NCBI RefSeq assembly: GCF_009914755.1
Contig: NC_060928.1
Reading direction: 5' to 3' (one strand)
DNA from: the human T2T-CHM13v2.0 reference genome, Homo sapiens
Length of the DNA stretch: 64,000 bases
Made by a program: the position numbers and the translations under genes. Shown piece by piece: positions 39,994 to 53,196 of this stretch (position 1 is the first letter of the stretch; the number at the start of each line of letters is the position of its first letter). The notes under the pieces were generated by a model. It was not told the origin of the DNA, ran no database searches, and was given only the letters and a program-made list of their open reading frames with translations.

Positions 39994-40839
39994 GCTGTTT
40001 TTTTTTTTTGAGATCTGTTGTTGTTTTTAACCACAGTGATAATAATAATTTACACTGATGTGATGGTTTATAGATTTCAAAGCACTTGTTTATGTGTCAA
40101 CATGCCTGGGAAGCAGGCATGACAGGGACCAGCAAGGGTTGCATTACTCACTCAAGCTCTCCCTGCTGGTTAAAGGCCTGACTAAGTCTGTTCTTTTTGC
40201 TCGTATGTAGAATAATGAGACACTCTCAGATTAGCTCAACCACGTGTATACCAACTGTAAGCTAATGCAGCAGATACATGGATTTATAGTGAGGTTTAAA
40301 ATAGTAACAATGTAATTTCATATCATCTCACAATTTTTTTTCCCTGTTGGAAAGGAAAGATGCCCTTTCTTCTTTCTTTCTTTGTGCTTTGTAAGAAAAC
40401 CTAGTTGTGGGTTGCAGTCATGGGTGGAGAAGAGGGTCCTTTCAGTTCGTTCAATTTTCAGACTATCACAAAGGAAGGAACATTTTTCAGTTATTTGGAA
40501 ATTGTAATAAATGAGACTGTGAGACAGGCAATTCTCAGGAGATCCAAGCAATTATGATACTTTAACATTCTTTGAAAAAAGCTCCCCACACAGGAGGATC
40601 TTTGTAGGCCTTCCAATCAACATCTCCCACATAAAATTGCAGCCAGCAAAGGTGCTGGAAGGCACATCTTCCTTTTCTTACCCAAGGGAGCTAAGACACA
40701 GTTTACCTGTGAGTTGGTCATTAGCCAATAATTACACACTATTGCTTCTATGGGTTTCAGTGGTGGGGGTTACTTTTCTGTCCCCTTTCCTTCTCTGAGT
40801 TATGTTTTGGTCTCAGCACACTTCCGTTCCTCTGGAGGC

Positions 40840-41075
40840 AGGCAGCTTGGTTCAAAGAAGTACACAGTAGATTTAGGAAATGCAACACTGGAAGTCTGAT
40901 GCCAGCTCCATTATATACTTGGGCACTCTTGGGAGATTCACATACCATCACCAGCCTCACTTCATCTGTGAAATGGAAATAAGGTCTGTCTCACCAGGTT
41001 GTTGAGGAAGTGAAATGTGATGCTCTATATGAAAGCACTTCGCTCCCAAAATAGATCACTACTGTCTTAATTATT
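40840..41075 (+). mobile_element. MIR
   Basis: cttcatctgtgaaatggaaataagg...gttgttgagg. Confidence 0.7.
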
Positions 41076-41399
41076 GTGTCTTTTTCACATTTATGGTTTT
41101 TTTTTTTAAATGGATTCTTCATTTCCAACAAAGTGCTCCTCCCTAAAACTCATTTCAACTTGCTCTTTGTCATTTTTCTTGCAAGGCCTGGGCTGGTTTT
41201 AGGACAGCATCCTTCTGAAGTTGCCTTTGAGTTGAGGAGCGATGCTCTCTCATCAGAGTCCCTGGGCTGCTTGGTCCACTAGGATGCTGAGCTGAGCTGC
41301 TGGCACTTGCTGATCCTGAGGCAGGCCTCCTGTTTTGAACACAATTGCAGCATGATGAGAACTGACCCCCTAGTACCAATGAACTCTTCGAGTAGGAAG

Positions 41400-44320
41400 C
41401 TCTGAGGCTCCCACTCCCTTTCCATGAACTTCCTTCTCCAGCAACTTCAGGCAAAGTTACATCTCTCCTCCAGATGTTTAGAAACTTCATACCTTGTGCC
41501 CATCGGCCTTGATTAAACATCAGCAACTCAAGTTACTCCCTCCTTTGACACCCCTGTGGTTCCCTATTTCTATGACATTAACTCCAAACACCCTTGTTTC
41601 CTGGTCCTGAGCACATCATAACAGTCTTCTTCCTGTGCCATGAATGTGACATGCTCATTTCTGCCTCCATACTCTTGCCCATTTTCACCCTTTCTCAAGT
41701 GGCTGTCCTCATTTCATTCAGGGCTGCCCAATCTTCTAGCCTCTCTGAGGTTCTACTTCCCCCACGAAAGCCCCTTGATGCTGTCCCATCTTTTCCTTCT
41801 GCCTTCAATTTAACACCTCTGACAAGCCTGTTGTACCACAGGGTTTAGCACCAAGTTATACACTGGCTTGTGGTCATTTTTTGAAATGTCATTTAGATCC
41901 TTAACAGAGTTGAGAGCTTTTAAACTCAACCATGTGAGAAATCGTTAATTGAACAACTACTATTCACTTTATTGGTTATCAAAGATAAATGTATGAGCCA
42001 TGGCTGATATTCTTGAATAGCTCATATCTAGTAGTAGAGACAGACCAGTAATCTAAAAACCAAAATGCACTGTTATAAGTGCTGTAAAATAGAAATATGT
42101 ACAAAGTCCTAGGAGAGAAGTGGAAATGAGTATGGCTGGGTGGGGGACTATGGAGGAGGCATCTATTATTGAATAACTTCATGTTCCAAACCCTGAGCTA
42201 GGAATTGGTATGCATCATTTTATTAAATACTTAAAACCATCTTGTAAGAAGATGTGAAGGAGTGTCCCCATCTTCCAAATAAGATCAAGAAAGAAGTGAT
42301 TTGCCAAGCTTAGAGAGCTTGGTGGGGCCCACAGGTCTGCTGGTTGTAAAGGCTATACCATGTAGGTTTCCATTATCCTGCCCTGAAGAGGATTGATTGG
42401 TAATTGCTAGCAAGTGCTGCTCAGCCATTGACCTCTCAGGCCCTTGCCTTCCTTTAGGAGATTTTGGACCATTTGCACCTATTCTTTCACATGAACTTCA
42501 GTTTTGCTGGACTTAAACAACAAACAACAGTAAATAAAAAATCCTTTCTTTTTTGTGATGTAAAGAGATCTTTCATTATTAATTTGCTCTTAAAACATGA
42601 ATTGGGAGGAATGAGTTTTAATTTTTTTACTATTATTTGCTTGGTAGCCAGACACAATCATGAGAAGTCCAACATACATTAAGATAGTCCATCAAACCTG
42701 GTTTTGAAGCAATTTGTTCTCTTGGTGACTTTGTTATAAAGCCTCTTTGTTATTCAAGCAGACATATCTATCCCAAGAAACAATAGATTCAAATATGATT
42801 TTGATAGTAAGGGAGGAAAGAAGGAACAAAGAAAAAAAAGGAAGAAGAATAGAAGGAAGTGTGGGCTAAGAAAGTGGATCACTGAAAGGCATTCTGGGAG
42901 TGATAGTCTACCAGTAGCTCTGGGTCCCCTTCCCTTGGACACATTGAAGATTCTGTGTTCATTCACCTCAGGTCAGAGGAGTGCCTGTCATTACAGGGCT
43001 CCTCTGTCGCTATACTGCAGTGTTCAGTATTTTGTCTTCTCTTTTCCTCTGACACTTAAAGTGTCCAGTGCCTTATTGACTTAATCCTGCGGTGGGAATG
43101 AAGTATCTTTTACTTGATTGATGGGTCTTTCCATCTAAAACATTTCCATCTTTCCAACTTAATTTTTCAAAGCACCTCCTTCCAACCCTGACATCACTCT
43201 ATATTCCAGTCAAACTGGGATTTGCTGCCCCTCAACACTCTCTTGGTTTCTGTCAATTCTTCCCTTTCCATTTTTACTTCGTTCTTCAAAACCCAATTTA
43301 ACAAAGGCTTCCCTATTGTCATCAATCAAAATCTATCTCTCTTCCTCTGTTATTAACATTTATAGGTGGAAGATACTCACGCCAGATCCAAATCCAACTT
43401 CGGTCAATCACCAGCTGTGTGATCTTTGGTAAGTTAAATAACTCATTGGAACCTCAGCTTCCTCTCTTATTGGATGAGGAACATAAGTCTCCCCGCTGCC
43501 TTTGGGACTTTGTGCATGTTATTTTTGCTGCCAAAAACAATCTCCTCCTCTGATTTATTTGGATGACTCATTCTTCAGGACTCAGCTCAGAAGTCACTTC
43601 TTCCTGGAAGCCTTCTTTGATTTGCCAAATCAGATTAGATGTCCCGGCTATTCTCTCTTATTTTCCCTGTCACTACTTCCTGTTACATTGTAATTACATG
43701 TTTGTATCCCTCTCAAGACCATGTCACCAGGCTTAGACCATAGATTACATGAACAGTAAATATCACCAAAAGATGCTTTATTAATCATATGGGTAAAGCA
43801 CCAGGCACATAGTAGCTGCTGAATAAGTCATTCCGTATCCTTTAGTATACATTGCACTGCAGTTAGTGTTATTTATGTCTCTCCACTTGACTTTGTGTAT
43901 TGGAAGACATAGACCCACTCAATTTTATACGTCTTAAGACCTAGATCCACAACTTGATTATCTTTGTGTCCCTCGCAAGATCTAATACATACAAAAAGAC
44001 AAATGTTGGATTGAATCATAATGAACATAAATTAAAATTCTTTAAATTCAAGCCTTCACATGAGGAAAACATTTTGCCAAACTTCACTGTTGTTATAATA
44101 GAGAATCCAGTTTACTTTAAAAATGGTTTCTCTTTTTGATAAAAGGTGCTCAGTAAATGATTATGGAACACACAGATGATGAACACATTGGATTTTTCCT
44201 GTATGTGCATGTACTGGATTCTAAATTGGTCCGATGAGGATAGAGTAACCCCCATTCTTCATCTTGCCTCTCATTGTGCCTTGCATCTGGACTGGTGCTC
44301 AGAAAAGCTTGCTGAATTGA
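41400..44320. mobile_element. Patchwork of degenerate L2 and MIR fragments
   Basis: ttcttcaggactcagctcagaagtcacttcttcctggaagcct (L2); cagctgtgtgatctttggtaagttaaataactc (MIR). Confidence 0.55.
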
Positions 44321-45783
44321 ACTGGGGAAGGAGCTATTGTGATCCTGCTTTTTCCTTGCTTTTTAGAATCTTCTTAGAGAACTGCTCAAAAGGTTGCTTT
44401 GCTATGCAGAGAGGCAGATAGTATGTGAGTATATGAAAGGAGAGAAACTGAGAGGAGAGGTATGGATAAATTGTTAAAAGGAAAATATCATGTCAAGTCA
44501 GGGATGAAAAATCACTTTCTCTCATCTCTTTTTCTTGCTGCCTATTAAACGGTTGTCCAGGAAAGATCAAATAAGAAACTGAGGTTTCTTCAATCAGAGA
44601 TGAGCGACAAAAATGTCAGCTGAGGATAGAAGATCAAGGCAACATGAAGGCGGCGGCGGGGTGGGTGGAGGGGCAGTGGTGTCTTCCTCAATCTGCTCCC
44701 AGCTCTGCCAGGCAGGCCTTGGCTTGTCTAGAAGTTCCATCGCCAAGGGCTTCCTCCTCATCCTTTCAGCTCAGCTGAACTGTTAGGGCTGTTGAGAGAG
44801 AGAAGTGTGAACAGGGTAGGCATGAGGGCAGGTGCTGAGAGCAGGCGCTGCAGCAGTAATGCAAAAGAAGAATCATTTATTTTGTATTTGGGTTTACAAG
44901 TATAATGAGGCTTTGTCTGTTGACTGTCTACCATCCATCAACACTGTTCTGCTGGAGGCAACGCCCAGGTCCTGATGGGCCTCCAAAACATTGGTTGGTT
45001 CTCCTCTCCTGCCTAGTAGTGCTAGTAAATAAAGGAAATGGAGCTACAGATGGAAGTTGTTTGCTGCAGTATTATGTCTGGGGGCGGGCAAGGCTACGGC
45101 TGGTGTCCCTGCCAGGAAACACACCAGCTGGTGATGTTTTTACGTCTGCTCTCCCCAGCTCCAACTCCAATGGGGAGCAAGTGGGAGGATTGATGTGCTA
45201 AGCCTGCCTTTCTTTTCCCTCCAGCTTCCATTTTGGGTTTATGCACTTTTGGCATGAGGGCTGCCCAGCTGTAAGCCCTGCTTCTCACACATCCTGGCAG
45301 TGAAGCTGTGATGATTGCCCCTTTGGGATGAAGGAAGGAGGTGGATGGCTTCCTGCACCTGCTCTGGCTTGTATTAGGGATTTCCCCCTCTCACCCATTA
45401 TGCTGAGATGACTTTTTACAAATGGACTATTTCTAGCTGATTTTAGTGATGTAGTTGGATTGAATTCTCTGCTGAGAAGGAAAGCCTCATGGATACCACT
45501 AGTGCTGCATCTTGAGAGGAGACAGCCTGGATCCCATGTTCAAGACTGGCCACTCATCACCTCTGTCACACTGGGTTCCTCAACGCTAAAGGCATTGCAA
45601 AGTCTTTGGACCACATGATTCTGGATTCATTGACTTTTCAGACTTACTTATTTAACTTTCCTTACTCTCTCAGCATCTTCATTTGTGAAATGAAGAATGA
45701 ATGAATAAATGGATAGATACATACATGTATGTATGTATCTATCTAGTATCTGTCTATGTGTCTATCATCTATGTCTATCTATC

Positions 45784-45784
<1 letters not shown>

Positions 45785-45832
<48 letters not shown>
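45785..45832. repeat. (TCTA)12 STR with degenerate flanking units and an adjacent (CT)n
   Basis: directly counted. Confidence 0.95.
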
Positions 45833-46089
45833 ATCATTCATCTGTTTCTCTCTCTCTCTCTCTGTCTCTGAGTTTTAATTCTAATTCCTACATGCTCTTT
45901 TGGCTCTACAAGTTGTGCTGATTTGTGTGGAAATCTCATGGGTTTTCAAAATCCTATTTTACAATGAGATGTTTATAACTTGGGATTACCAGTACTTCAC
46001 TTTCTCAAATCATTTGTGTTTGCTTGTATGTGTGAATATTTGCATGTGTTCATGTGATGGTCTTTAATACACTATCTTGAGAGTTATAT

Positions 46090-46325
46090 TGCATAATGAA
46101 GGCACTCTAAGGTCAAAATGTCCAGGTTGGATCTTAGCACTGCTATTCACTAGTGATTTCACCTTGGGAAAGTGGCTTAATGTCTCTGTACTTCAATTTT
46201 TTCTTTCATAAAATGGAGATAATAATGATAATGTCTCTTAGTGTTGTATGATTGAATGAGTTTATATAGTAATTACTTAGACAATGCCTGGCATATGGTA
46301 TGCTATGTAAAGGTTTGCTATTACT
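46090..46325 (+). mobile_element. MIR
   Basis: accttgggaaagtggcttaatgtctctgtacttcaatttttctttcataaaatggagataata. Confidence 0.8.
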
Positions 46326-46639
46326 CTGGGTGATGGTCAAGGTATATGGTATTAGAGTTTCTTACTCTCAGCAAGTTTTTTACTGGTATATAAACATATT
46401 TATCTTGTGCACAAGACTACAATTTTGCATTCAGAAAGTATTCCATGTAAAGGCTCTCTCACTCCTTAATTTACTTTCTGCCCTCCATATTTCCTTGTCT
46501 TCCTTCAGAAGCTCCTCTTTAAGTATCCCTCCTACTGATGTCCTACTTCCCTCTGACATAAAAACACAATCTATGCTTATGTCCCTTCTTTGTCATATAG
46601 ATATAGAAATATGCACACCCACCCACTTATATGTGTATG

Positions 46640-47066
46640 TAGTATAAGAAATAATTCCAATATCATTAGGAACTGAGGCTTTTACTCATTAGAGAGGAAA
46701 GATATAAGTAAAATATATTTTCTTATTTTATACTGGAATATATTTTCTTCCAGTAAGAAAAAAACAAATTAGTTGTGTCCACTGAAAAAGTCTAGACAGA
46801 ATGATCAACCCAGTAACAAGGAGGACCCTTGACATCCAAATTGTGGTCTCCAAATATCATTTCTTACTAAGGAGCTTGGGCTTCTTTGAGAAATGGTTGA
46901 TTATAAGTGTGGGACAAAAAACACATAAGATGAGTTATGTGTCTCATTGCATCTCACTAGAACATCTCATTGCATCAGAAAGCAAGGAAGCTATCAAAGG
47001 CCCTTGGGACCATGTAAAATTAACTTAGGAACAATATGAAATTGCTTCCAAAGGCTAAATATGGAA
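46640..47066 (+). mobile_element. Old L1MC/MD 3' UTR piece; related pieces at ~52755-53191 and ~55513-55785
   Basis: tccaaattgtggtctccaaatatcatttc...tttgagaaatggttgatt...agaaagcaaggaagctatcaaag; the last piece ends ttttcctaataaaaatttt. Confidence 0.7.
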
Positions 47067-47336
47067 GAACCCATCACCTGAGCAGTATACAGTGCACCAT
47101 ATTTGTAGTCTTTTATCCCTTGTCCCCTTTCCACTCTTCCCCCCAAGTCCCCAAAGTCCGTTGTATCATTCTTATGCCTTTGCATCCTCATAGCTTAACT
47201 CCCACATATCACTGAGAACAAACGATGTTTGGTTTCCCATTCCTGAGTTACTTCACTTAGAATAATAGGGTCCAGTCTCATCCACATCACTGCAGATGCT
47301 GTTAATTCATTCCTTTTTATGGCTGCTTAGTATTCC

Positions 47337-47338
<2 letters not shown>

Positions 47339-47372
<34 letters not shown>
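47339..47372. repeat. (TG)n microsatellite inside the L1PB
   Basis: directly visible. Confidence 0.95.
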
Positions 47373-47380
<8 letters not shown>

Positions 47381-50300
47381 TATATCACAGTTTCTTTATT
47401 CACTAGTTGATTGATGGGCATTTGGGTTGGTTCCATGATTTTGCAATTGTGAATTGAGCTGCTATAAACATGCGTGTGCAAGTATCTTTTTCAAATAATG
47501 ATTTCTTTTCCTCTGGGTAGATACCCAGTAATGGGATTGCTGGATCAAATGGTAGCACTTTTAGTTCTTTAAGGAATCTCCACACTGTTTTCCATTAGTG
47601 GCTGTACTAGTTTACATTCCCACCAGCAGTGTAGAAGTGTTCCCTGTTCACTGTATCCTGGCCAACATCTACTGTTTTTGTTTGTTTGTTTGTTTGTTTT
47701 GACTTTTTGATAATGGCCAATGTTGCAGGAGTAAGGTAGATTACATTGTGGTTTTTTGATTTGCATTTCCCTGATCATTAGTGATGTTGAGAATTTTTTC
47801 ATAAGTTTATTGGCCATTTGTACATCTTCTTTTGAGAATTGTCTATTCATATCCTTAAGCCACTTTTTGATGGGATTGTTTGTTTTTTTTCTTACTAATT
47901 TGTTTGAGTTTGTTGTAGATTCTGGATATTAGTCCTTTGTCAGATGTATAGATTGTGAAGATTTTCTCCCACTCTGTGGGTTGTCCGTTTACTCTGCTGA
48001 CTATTCCTTTTGCCATGCAAAAGCTCTTTGGTTTAATTAGGTCCCAGCTATTTATCTTTGTTTTTATTGCATTTGCTTTTGGGTTCTTGGTCATGAACTC
48101 CTTGCCTAAGCCAATGTCTAGAAGGGTTTTTCCAATGTTATCTTCTAGAATTTTTATAGTTTCAGGACTTAGGTTTAATTCTTTAATCCATCTTGAGTTG
48201 ATTTCTGTATAAGGTGAGAGATGAGGATCCAATGTCATTCTCCTACATGTGGCTAGCCAATTATCCCAGCACCATTTGTTGAAAAGGGTGTCCTTTCCCC
48301 ACTTTTGTTTTTGTTTGCTTTGTTGAAAATCAATTGGCTGTAAGTATTTGGGTTTATTTCTGGGTTCTCTCTTATGTTACATTGGTCTATGTGCCTATTT
48401 TTATACCAGTACCATACTGTTTTGGTGACTATGCCCTTATGGTATAGTTTGCAATCAGATAGTGTGATGCCTCCACATTTGTTCATTTTGCTTAGTCTTT
48501 CTTTGGCTATGCGGGCTTTTTTGGTCCTATTTGAATTTTAGAATTTTTTTTTTAACTCTGTGAAGAATGACGGTGGTATTTTGATGGGAGTTGCATTGAA
48601 TTTGTCGATTGCTTTTGGCAGTACAGTCATTTTCACAACATTGATTCTACCCATCCATGAGCATGGGTTGTGTTTCCATTTGTTTGTGTCATCTATGATT
48701 TCTTTCAGCAGTGTTTTGTAGTTTTCCTTGTAGAGGTCTTTCGTCTCCTTGGTTAGGCACGTTACTATGTGTTTTATTTTCATTTTTTGCAGCTATTGTA
48801 AAAGGGGCTGAGTTCTTGATTTGATTCTCTGCTTGGTTGTTGTTGGTGTCTAGAAGAACTACTGATTTGTGTACATTGATCTTGTATCCAGAAACTTTGC
48901 TGAATTCTTTTATCAGTTCCAGGAGCTTTCTGGAGGAGTCCTTAGGGTTTTCAAAGTAAATGATCGTATCATCAGCAAACAGGGACAGCTTCACTTCCTC
49001 TTTACCAATTTGGATGCCCTTTATTTATTTTTCTTGTCTGATTGCTCTGGATAGGACTTCCAGTACTATGTCAAAGAGGAGTGGTGAGAGTGGGCATCCT
49101 CGTCTTGCTCCATTTCTCAGAGGGAATATTTCAGCTTTTCTCCATCAGTATTATGTTGGCTGTGGGGTTGTCATAGATGGCTTTGATTATCTTGAGGTAT
49201 GTCCCTTGTATGCCGATTTTGCTGACAGTTTTAATCATAAAGGAATGCTGGATTTTGTTGAATGCTTTTTCTGCATCTATTCAGATGATCATGTGATTTT
49301 TATTTTTAATTCTGTTTATGTGGTGTATCACATTTATTTACTTGCATCCTGCATCCCTGGTATGAAACCCACTTGGTCAAGGTGGATTATCTTTTTGATA
49401 TGTTGTTGGATTTGGTTAGCTAGTATTTCGTTAAGGATTTTAGCATCTATATTCATCAAGGATATTGGTCTGTAGTTTTCGTTTTCTGGTTCTGTCCTTT
49501 CCTGGTTTAGGTATTAGGGTGATGCTGGCTTCATAGAAGGAGTTGGAAGGGGGGTTCTTTCTTTCTCTAACTTGTGGAATAGTGTCAAAAGGATTGGTAC
49601 CAATTCTTTTGAATGTCTGGTAGAATTCTGCTGTGAATCTGTCTGGTCCTGGACTTTTTTGTTGTTGGTAATTTTTAAATTATCATTTCAATCTTGCTGC
49701 TCCTTATTGGTCTGTTAAGGTATCTGATTCTTCCTGATTTAAACTAGAAGCATTGTATTTTTCCAAGAATTTATCCATTTCTTCTAGGTTTTCTAGTTTA
49801 TGTGCATGAAGGGGTTTATAGCAGCCTTGAATAATGTTTTGTATTTCAGTGGTGTCAGTTGTAATATCTTCTGTTTCATTCCTTAGTGAGGTTATTTGGA
49901 TTTTCTCTCTTCTTTTCTTGATTAATCTTGCTATGAATCTATCCATTTTATTTATCTTTTCAAAGAACCAGTTTTTGTTTCATTTATCGTTTGTATTTTT
50001 TTTTTGTTTCAATTTCATTTAGTTCTGCTCTGATCTGGGTTATTTCCTCTCCTCTGCTGGGCTTGGGTTTGGTTTGTTCTTGTTTCTCTAGTTCCTTGAG
50101 GTGTTACCTTAGAATTGTCTGTTTGTGCTCTTTCAGACTTTTTGATGTAGGTGTTTAGGACTATAAACTTTCCTCTTATCACCACTTTTGCTATATCCCA
50201 GAAGTTTTGATAGGTTGTGTCATTATTGTCATTCAGCTTGAAGAATTTTTAAATTTCCATCTTGATTTAGTGTTTGACCCAATGCTCATTCAAGTGCAGG

Positions 50301-50805
50301 GTATTTAATTTCCATGTATTTGCATGGCTTCGAAGGTTCCTTTTGGAGTTGATTTCCAGTTTTATTGGAGTTGGTCTGAGAGAATGCTTGATATAATTTC
50401 AATTTTCTTAAATTTATTGAGGCTTGTTTTATGGCCTACCATATGGTCTATCTTGGAGAAAGTTTCATGTGCTGCTGTATAGAATATGTATTCTGCAGTT
50501 GTTGGATGAAATGTTCTGTATATATCTGTTAAGTCAATTTGTTCCAAGGTATAGTTTAAGTCCATTGTTTCTTTGTTGACTTTCTCTCTTGATTACCTGT
50601 CTAGTGCTATCAATGGAGTATTGAAGTCCTCCACTATTATTGTGTTGCTGTCTATCTCATTTCTTAGGTCTATTAGTAATTGTTTTATAAATTTAGGAGC
50701 TCCAGTGTTAGGTGCATATATGTTTAGGATTGTGATATTTTTCCTGTTTGACAGGGCCTTTTATCACTATCTAATGTCTCTGTCTCTTTTAACTACTGTT
50801 GCTTT

Positions 50806-51101
<296 letters not shown>

Positions 51102-52516
51102 AACTACTGTTGCTTTAAAGTTTGTTTTGTCTGATATAAGAATAGCTACTTCTGCTTGCTTTTGGTGTCCGTTTGCATGCCTGCTCACTTTTGGTGTCCA
51201 TTTACATGAAATGCCTTTTCCCACCCCTTTACGTTAAGTTTATGTGAGTCCTTACGTGTTAGGTAAGTCCCCTGAAGGCAGCAGATAGTTGATTAGTGAG
51301 TTCTTATCCATTCTGCAGTTCTGTATCTTTTAAGTGGAGCATTTAGGCTATTTACGTTCAATGTTAGTATTGAAATGTGAGGTATCATTGCATTCACTGT
51401 GCTCTTTGTTGCCTGTGTACTTTGTTTTTTTGTTTTTGTTTTTTTGTTTTTGCTTATTAGTTTGTATTTTTCTTTTATAGGCCTTGTGTGAGTTATGTTT
51501 TAAAGAGGTTCTGTTTCAATGTATTTCCAGGATTCATTTCAAGATTTGGACCTCCTTATAGAAGTTCTTGTAGTGGTGTCTTGGTAATGGCAAATTCTCT
51601 GAGCATTTGTTTGTCTGAAAATGATTGTATCTTTCCTTCATATATGGTACTTAGTTTTGTTGGATACAAAATTCTTGGCTGATAATTGTTTTTTTTTTTG
51701 AGGAGCCTGAAGATAGGTCCCCAATCCCTTCTAGCTTGTAAGGTTTCTGCTGAGAAATCTGCTGTTAATCTGATAGGTTTTCCTTACAGGTTACCTGGTG
51801 CTTCTGTCTCACATCTCTTAAGATTCTTTCCTTCATCTTAACTTTGGATAACCTGATGACAATGTGCCTAGGAGAAGATCTTTTTGTGATGAATTTCCCA
51901 AGTGTTCTTTGTGCTTCTTGTATTTGGAAGTCTAGGTCTCTATCTAGGCTGGGGAAGTTTTCCCCAATTATTCCCCCAAATATGTTTTCCAAGCTTTTAG
52001 AATTGTCTTCTTCAGGAACACCAATTATTCTTAGGTTTGGTAGTTTAACATAATCCCAGACTTCTTGGAGGGTTTGTTCATATTTTCTTATTCTCTTTTC
52101 TTTGTCTTTGTTGGACTGGGTTAATTCAAAGACTTTGTCTTTGAGCTCTGAATTTCTTTCTTCTACTCATTCAATTCTATTGCTGAGACTTTCCAGAGCA
52201 TTTCACGTTTCTAAAAGTGTGTCCAAAGTTTCCTGAATTTTTAAATTTTTTAAGCTATCTATTTCATTGACTATTTCTCCCTTTACTTTTTGTATCATTT
52301 TTTTTGGATTTCCTTGCATTGGGCTTTGCCTTTCTCCGGTGCCTCCCTGATTAGCTTAATAACTAACCTCCTGAATTCTTTTTCAGGTAAATCAGGGATT
52401 TCTTCTTGGTTTGGATCCATTGCTGGTGAACTAGTGTGATTTTTTTGGGGTGTTGAAAGGCCTTGTTTTGTTATATTACCAGGGTTGGTAATGTAACAGG
52501 TAATATTACAGGGTTG

Positions 52517-52753
52517 GTACAGTATTCAATGAATTTCATAAGATATTTAACACTGTATTATAAAATAGGCTTTGTGTTGTTGATGATTTTGCTCAACTGT
52601 AGCCTAATGTAAGTGTTCTAAGCACTTTTAAAGTAGGCTAGGCTCAGCTATGATGTCTGTAGTTTAGGTGTATGAAATGCATGTTTGACTTATGATATTT
52701 TCAACCTGCAATGAGTTTATGACATAACCCCATAATAAGTTGGGGAGCATCTG
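52517..52753 (-). mobile_element. MER47A (Tigger5-derived), partial with one TIR only
   Basis: tacagtattcaat...ataaaataggctttgtgtt...taagttggggagcatctg followed by TA. Confidence 0.85.
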
Positions 52754-53196
52754 TATATCCATTAGGTGAAATGTTAATGGGGGACTTCATGAAAGGTACA
52801 ACAACTGACAACACTGATTAATCTTAACATCATGTAAATAGAAGCAATCAGACATTAGGTGCCTCCTGATAGAACCTCACTTTATCATAAAAGTTGACAG
52901 AAATTGAATTTCAATGTGATCAAACCTCTAAATCTACCTAACAGCTTCTAGGAAATACAGGAGATAGAGGAACATACTAAACAACATCTCAGGCATGCAC
53001 TTGGAAAAATCTAGACTGTGAAAAACTCTGCTGAAATAATTACAGATTATTCCAACAAATAAGTTGTAAGGGAAAACAAAAGAGATGAAAAAGCCTATAG
53101 ATAAAGAAAAAAATAATAAAAGACAGATTAACCACTGTAATAAGGAAGAGGAGGAGCTTTGAACAGATTGGATACTTGATAATACATTAGGGTTAG

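Noticed and set aside
51150-51210. ~29-bp tandem duplication within the L1PB
   Set aside because: Ordinary slippage duplication in a dead element
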